This document shows, piece after piece, positions 10,515 to 12,412 of a DNA stretch of 12,412 nucleotides. This DNA is from Myxococcales bacterium. GTDB taxonomy: Bacteria > Myxococcota_A > UBA9042 > JABWCM01 > BTVJ01. The translations under genes were made by a program, and so were the position numbers. Location: contig BTVJ01000139.1 of the NCBI GenBank assembly GCA_045863395.1, forward strand, positions 1 to 12,412, given 5' to 3'. Positions within the stretch are counted from its first letter, which is position 1. Each line of letters starts with the position of its first letter. The notes under the pieces are model-generated. The model was not told the DNA's origin and did not search any database. It saw nothing but the letters and a program-made list of their open reading frames with translations.

Positions 10515-10565
10515 CGAGGTGATGCCTTCCCCGCGGGGCACAGCGGGGGCACCCCATCGGCTCGT

Positions 10566-10649
10566 CGGAGGTGTTCGGGCGCCCTGCGGAGGTGCTCGGG
10601 CGCGGTGCGGAGGTGCTCGGGCGCCGTGCGAGGGTGCCCGGGCGCCGCG
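10566..10649. repeat. Intergenic 21-bp tandem repeat x4
   Basis: CGGAGGTGTTCGGGCGCCCTG / CGGAGGTGCTCGGGCGCGGTG / CGGAGGTGCTCGGGCGCCGTG / CGAGGGTGCCCGGGCGCCGCG, contiguous with no spacers. Confidence 0.9.
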
Positions 10650-10654
10650 AGCTT

Positions 10655-12412
10655 CTAGAGGGAGAAGATGTAGGCGTTCCCTGTTCGCGTCTCGTACTTC
10701 ACGACCGAGAACAGGTCGTGGGCGAAGTACATGTGGTGGGGCTCCAGGGGGTCGATGACGAAGCCACCGTAGCTCAGGTAGCCGGGGACCAGCGCGATGC
10801 CGGTGCCGCCGCACCCCCCAAGGATGCCCAGCCCCGGGTGCCAGCAGGGCCACGTGGTGCGGTTGCCGGTCTTCGGGTCAACGGAGACCGCAGCGCTCGC
10901 CCCGGAGACACCCACCGTCCAGAACACCTCGGCCCAGGGGTCCCACCGGGTCCAGCGATCACCGAGCCCCTCGGCGTTGATCGGCCCGGAGCCCAGCCCG
11001 CCCACGCTGTCCGCCTTGGAGATGAGCTTCCGATTGCCCGTCGCGAGGTCCACCTCGATGAAGAGCTTGTCGCTGACCGCGTACAGCTTGTCGCCCAGGA
11101 TCTCGAAGGCGCGGAAGTCGAACTGGATGATGTCGTAACCTCCGCCGACATTCTCTTTCAGCGTGCTGGACTGCGCCTCGCTGGAGATGCGGGTCAGATA
11201 CTCGCACGACGAGAAGTCGGGGGACAGCTTGACAATCGAAGGCCCGGGCATGCCGATGATCGCGAAGTAGTGGTTCCCGGCCGGGTCCATGGCCCAGCCC
11301 TCGCCGATCATCTGGACCACCTTCTTGCCGGCGATGGTGGACCCGTTGGGGCACAGGGTCTCCGCAGCGGCGGTCGCCTCGTCGAAGAGCAGGGTCCGGT
11401 CGCCGCTGACCGGGTCGACGCGCCAGAGCTTCGGAGGCGCGATCTCCGACGTGGCGCCCATGGCGTAGAGCATGCCGTCGGCGCCGACCTCCATGTCCAT
11501 GATGTTGACGAACGCGGGCCCCGTCCCCACCTCGATGGTGCCCTGCACCGGGTCCACCGCGGCCCCCGACACGTACCGCCGGGCCGCCGTGTCCAGGTGG
11601 ATGGCGAAGATCATGGTCTGGTCCTTCTTGTTGAAGGCGGACCACCCCACCGGCACGAACCACTCCCTGCCGATCACGGGACCGTTCCCCATCTTGACGG
11701 TGCTGGCCAGCTCCCTCATGCGCGGCCCCTCGCCGAAGCTGACCTGGATGGGCAGCGTGTACGGGCGCTTGCAGGGGTCCTTGAGCTTGCCCGCGCACCG
11801 GCAGTCGATGGGGAAGTCCGTGGGGTTGGACCAGTACTGCACGAGCGGGCACTCCGCCAGGTCGTACCAGGGGCTGTCCGTGTCGGTCGTGTGGCTCACG
11901 CACAGCGCGTAGGACTTGTTGTTGCCCAGCAGGTCACACGCCTCGTGCCAGAGGTTGTGGTCGGCCAGGTAGTCGCAGGTGCTCGACGTGACGTCGTAGC
12001 AGAAGCCCTCGCCCGTGCAGTCCTTCTTGAGGTAGGCGCACATGGACTGGACGTTGCTCGTGTCGCCCTCGCAGAGGCCGCCCTTGTACGGCATCCCCTC
12101 CGGGCAGAAGCAGTAGTGCTTGCCGTTCCACTCCTCGCAGGTCTGGAGGCTACCGCACAGGGGGCTCGCAGGGTTGCAGGACTGGCCCGCCTCGGGGGGG
12201 AGGGGCTTGTCGCCGCCCGTGTCCCCACCGCCAGCGCCGCCCGCGTCGGTCGCGCCTGAGTCCTGGGCGCCCACGCCCGAGTCGTCCGCGCCAGCTCCCG
12301 AGTCCAAGATGCCCCCGCCGGAGTCTTCCACGCCCCCGCCGGAGTCTCCTGTTCCTCCGCCTGAGTCTCCTGTTCCTCCGCCTGAGTCTCCGGCGCCTCC
12401 GCCTGAGTCTCC
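10655..12412 (-). CDS. 5'-truncated secreted or surface protein: Asp-Ser-Gly linker, EGF-like and Cys-rich region, beta-propeller-like C-terminus (>585 aa)
   Basis: The frame stays open from the window end (12412) to TAG at 10657-10655, so the GTG at 12331 is probably internal. There are 16 Cys in the N-terminal part. Recurring blade-like motifs: LWRVDPVSGDRTLL, FIEVDLATGNRKLIS, VSVDPKTGNRT, VKYETRTGNAYIFS, MEVGADGMLY, AMDPAGNHY. Confidence 0.85.
   Translation of the reverse strand, partial: GDSGGGAGDSGGGTGDSGGGTGDSGGGVEDSGGGILDSGAGADDSGVGAQDSGATDAGGAGGGDTGGDKPLPPEAGQSCNPASPLCGSLQTCEEWNGKHYCFCPEGMPYKGGLCEGDTSNVQSMCAYLKKDCTGEGFCYDVTSSTCDYLADHNLWHEACDLLGNNKSYALCVSHTTDTDSPWYDLAECPLVQYWSNPTDFPIDCRCAGKLKDPCKRPYTLPIQVSFGEGPRMRELASTVKMGNGPVIGREWFVPVGWSAFNKKDQTMIFAIHLDTAARRYVSGAAVDPVQGTIEVGTGPAFVNIMDMEVGADGMLYAMGATSEIAPPKLWRVDPVSGDRTLLFDEATAAAETLCPNGSTIAGKKVVQMIGEGWAMDPAGNHYFAIIGMPGPSIVKLSPDFSSCEYLTRISSEAQSSTLKENVGGGYDIIQFDFRAFEILGDKLYAVSDKLFIEVDLATGNRKLISKADSVGGLGSGPINAEGLGDRWTRWDPWAEVFWTVGVSGASAAVSVDPKTGNRTTWPCWHPGLGILGGCGGTGIALVPGYLSYGGFVIDPLEPHHMYFAHDLFSVVKYETRTGNAYIFSL
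12245..12412 (-). repeat. Coding 21-bp (7-aa) tandem repeat xDSGGGx, 8 units
   Basis: GDSGGGA GDSGGGT GDSGGGT GDSGGGV EDSGGGI LDSGAGA DDSGVGA QDSGATD. The units decay away from the window edge. Confidence 0.9.

Noticed and set aside
10523..10540. GC-rich palindrome or hairpin around CCCCGCGGGG
   Set aside because: Expected by chance at this GC content, and there is no U-tract.
10047..10552. ORF-track starts at 10496 (peptidase) and 10552 (repressor)
   Set aside because: They run through the repressor gene or the promoter/operator. GTG 10046 and ATG 10450 have coupling or RBS support.
10566..10649. Possible CRISPR array, or the 10503-10853 small ORF
   Set aside because: The units are contiguous with no unique spacers and no cas genes nearby. 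The ORF is a translation of the repeat and overlaps the neighbouring gene.

Overview
A very GC-rich bacterial window, probably Myxococcota (inferred from a MYXO-CTERM-like sorting signal, Gly/Ser/Asp linkers and a DWG-type kinase). It holds seven CDSs. On the + strand: (1) the 3' end of a surface protein with a (GSG)12 linker and MYXO-CTERM-like tail, missed by the ORF track; (2) an FHA/winged-helix regulator, translationally coupled to (3) a membrane Ser/Thr kinase with a beta-propeller. On the - strand: (4) a Cys-rich EGF-like/beta-propeller protein running off the right edge, then a 4x21-bp intergenic repeat and a four-gene cluster of (5) BlaI/MecI/CopY repressor, (6) BlaR1-like M56 peptidase, and the efflux pair of a His-rich lipoprotein adaptor and a heavy-metal RND pump (counted together as item 7, so eight genes in total). 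The peptidase has no penicillin-binding domain but has a His/Cys-rich loop. No TolC gene is present. The best lead is a probable metal-sensing, proteolysis-controlled BlaI/BlaR-type switch for metal efflux. It is supported by two copies of a palindrome (CCGA-N7-TCGG), one over the blaI -35 box and one just upstream of the adaptor gene. All family calls come from motif recognition by eye; no database searches were run.
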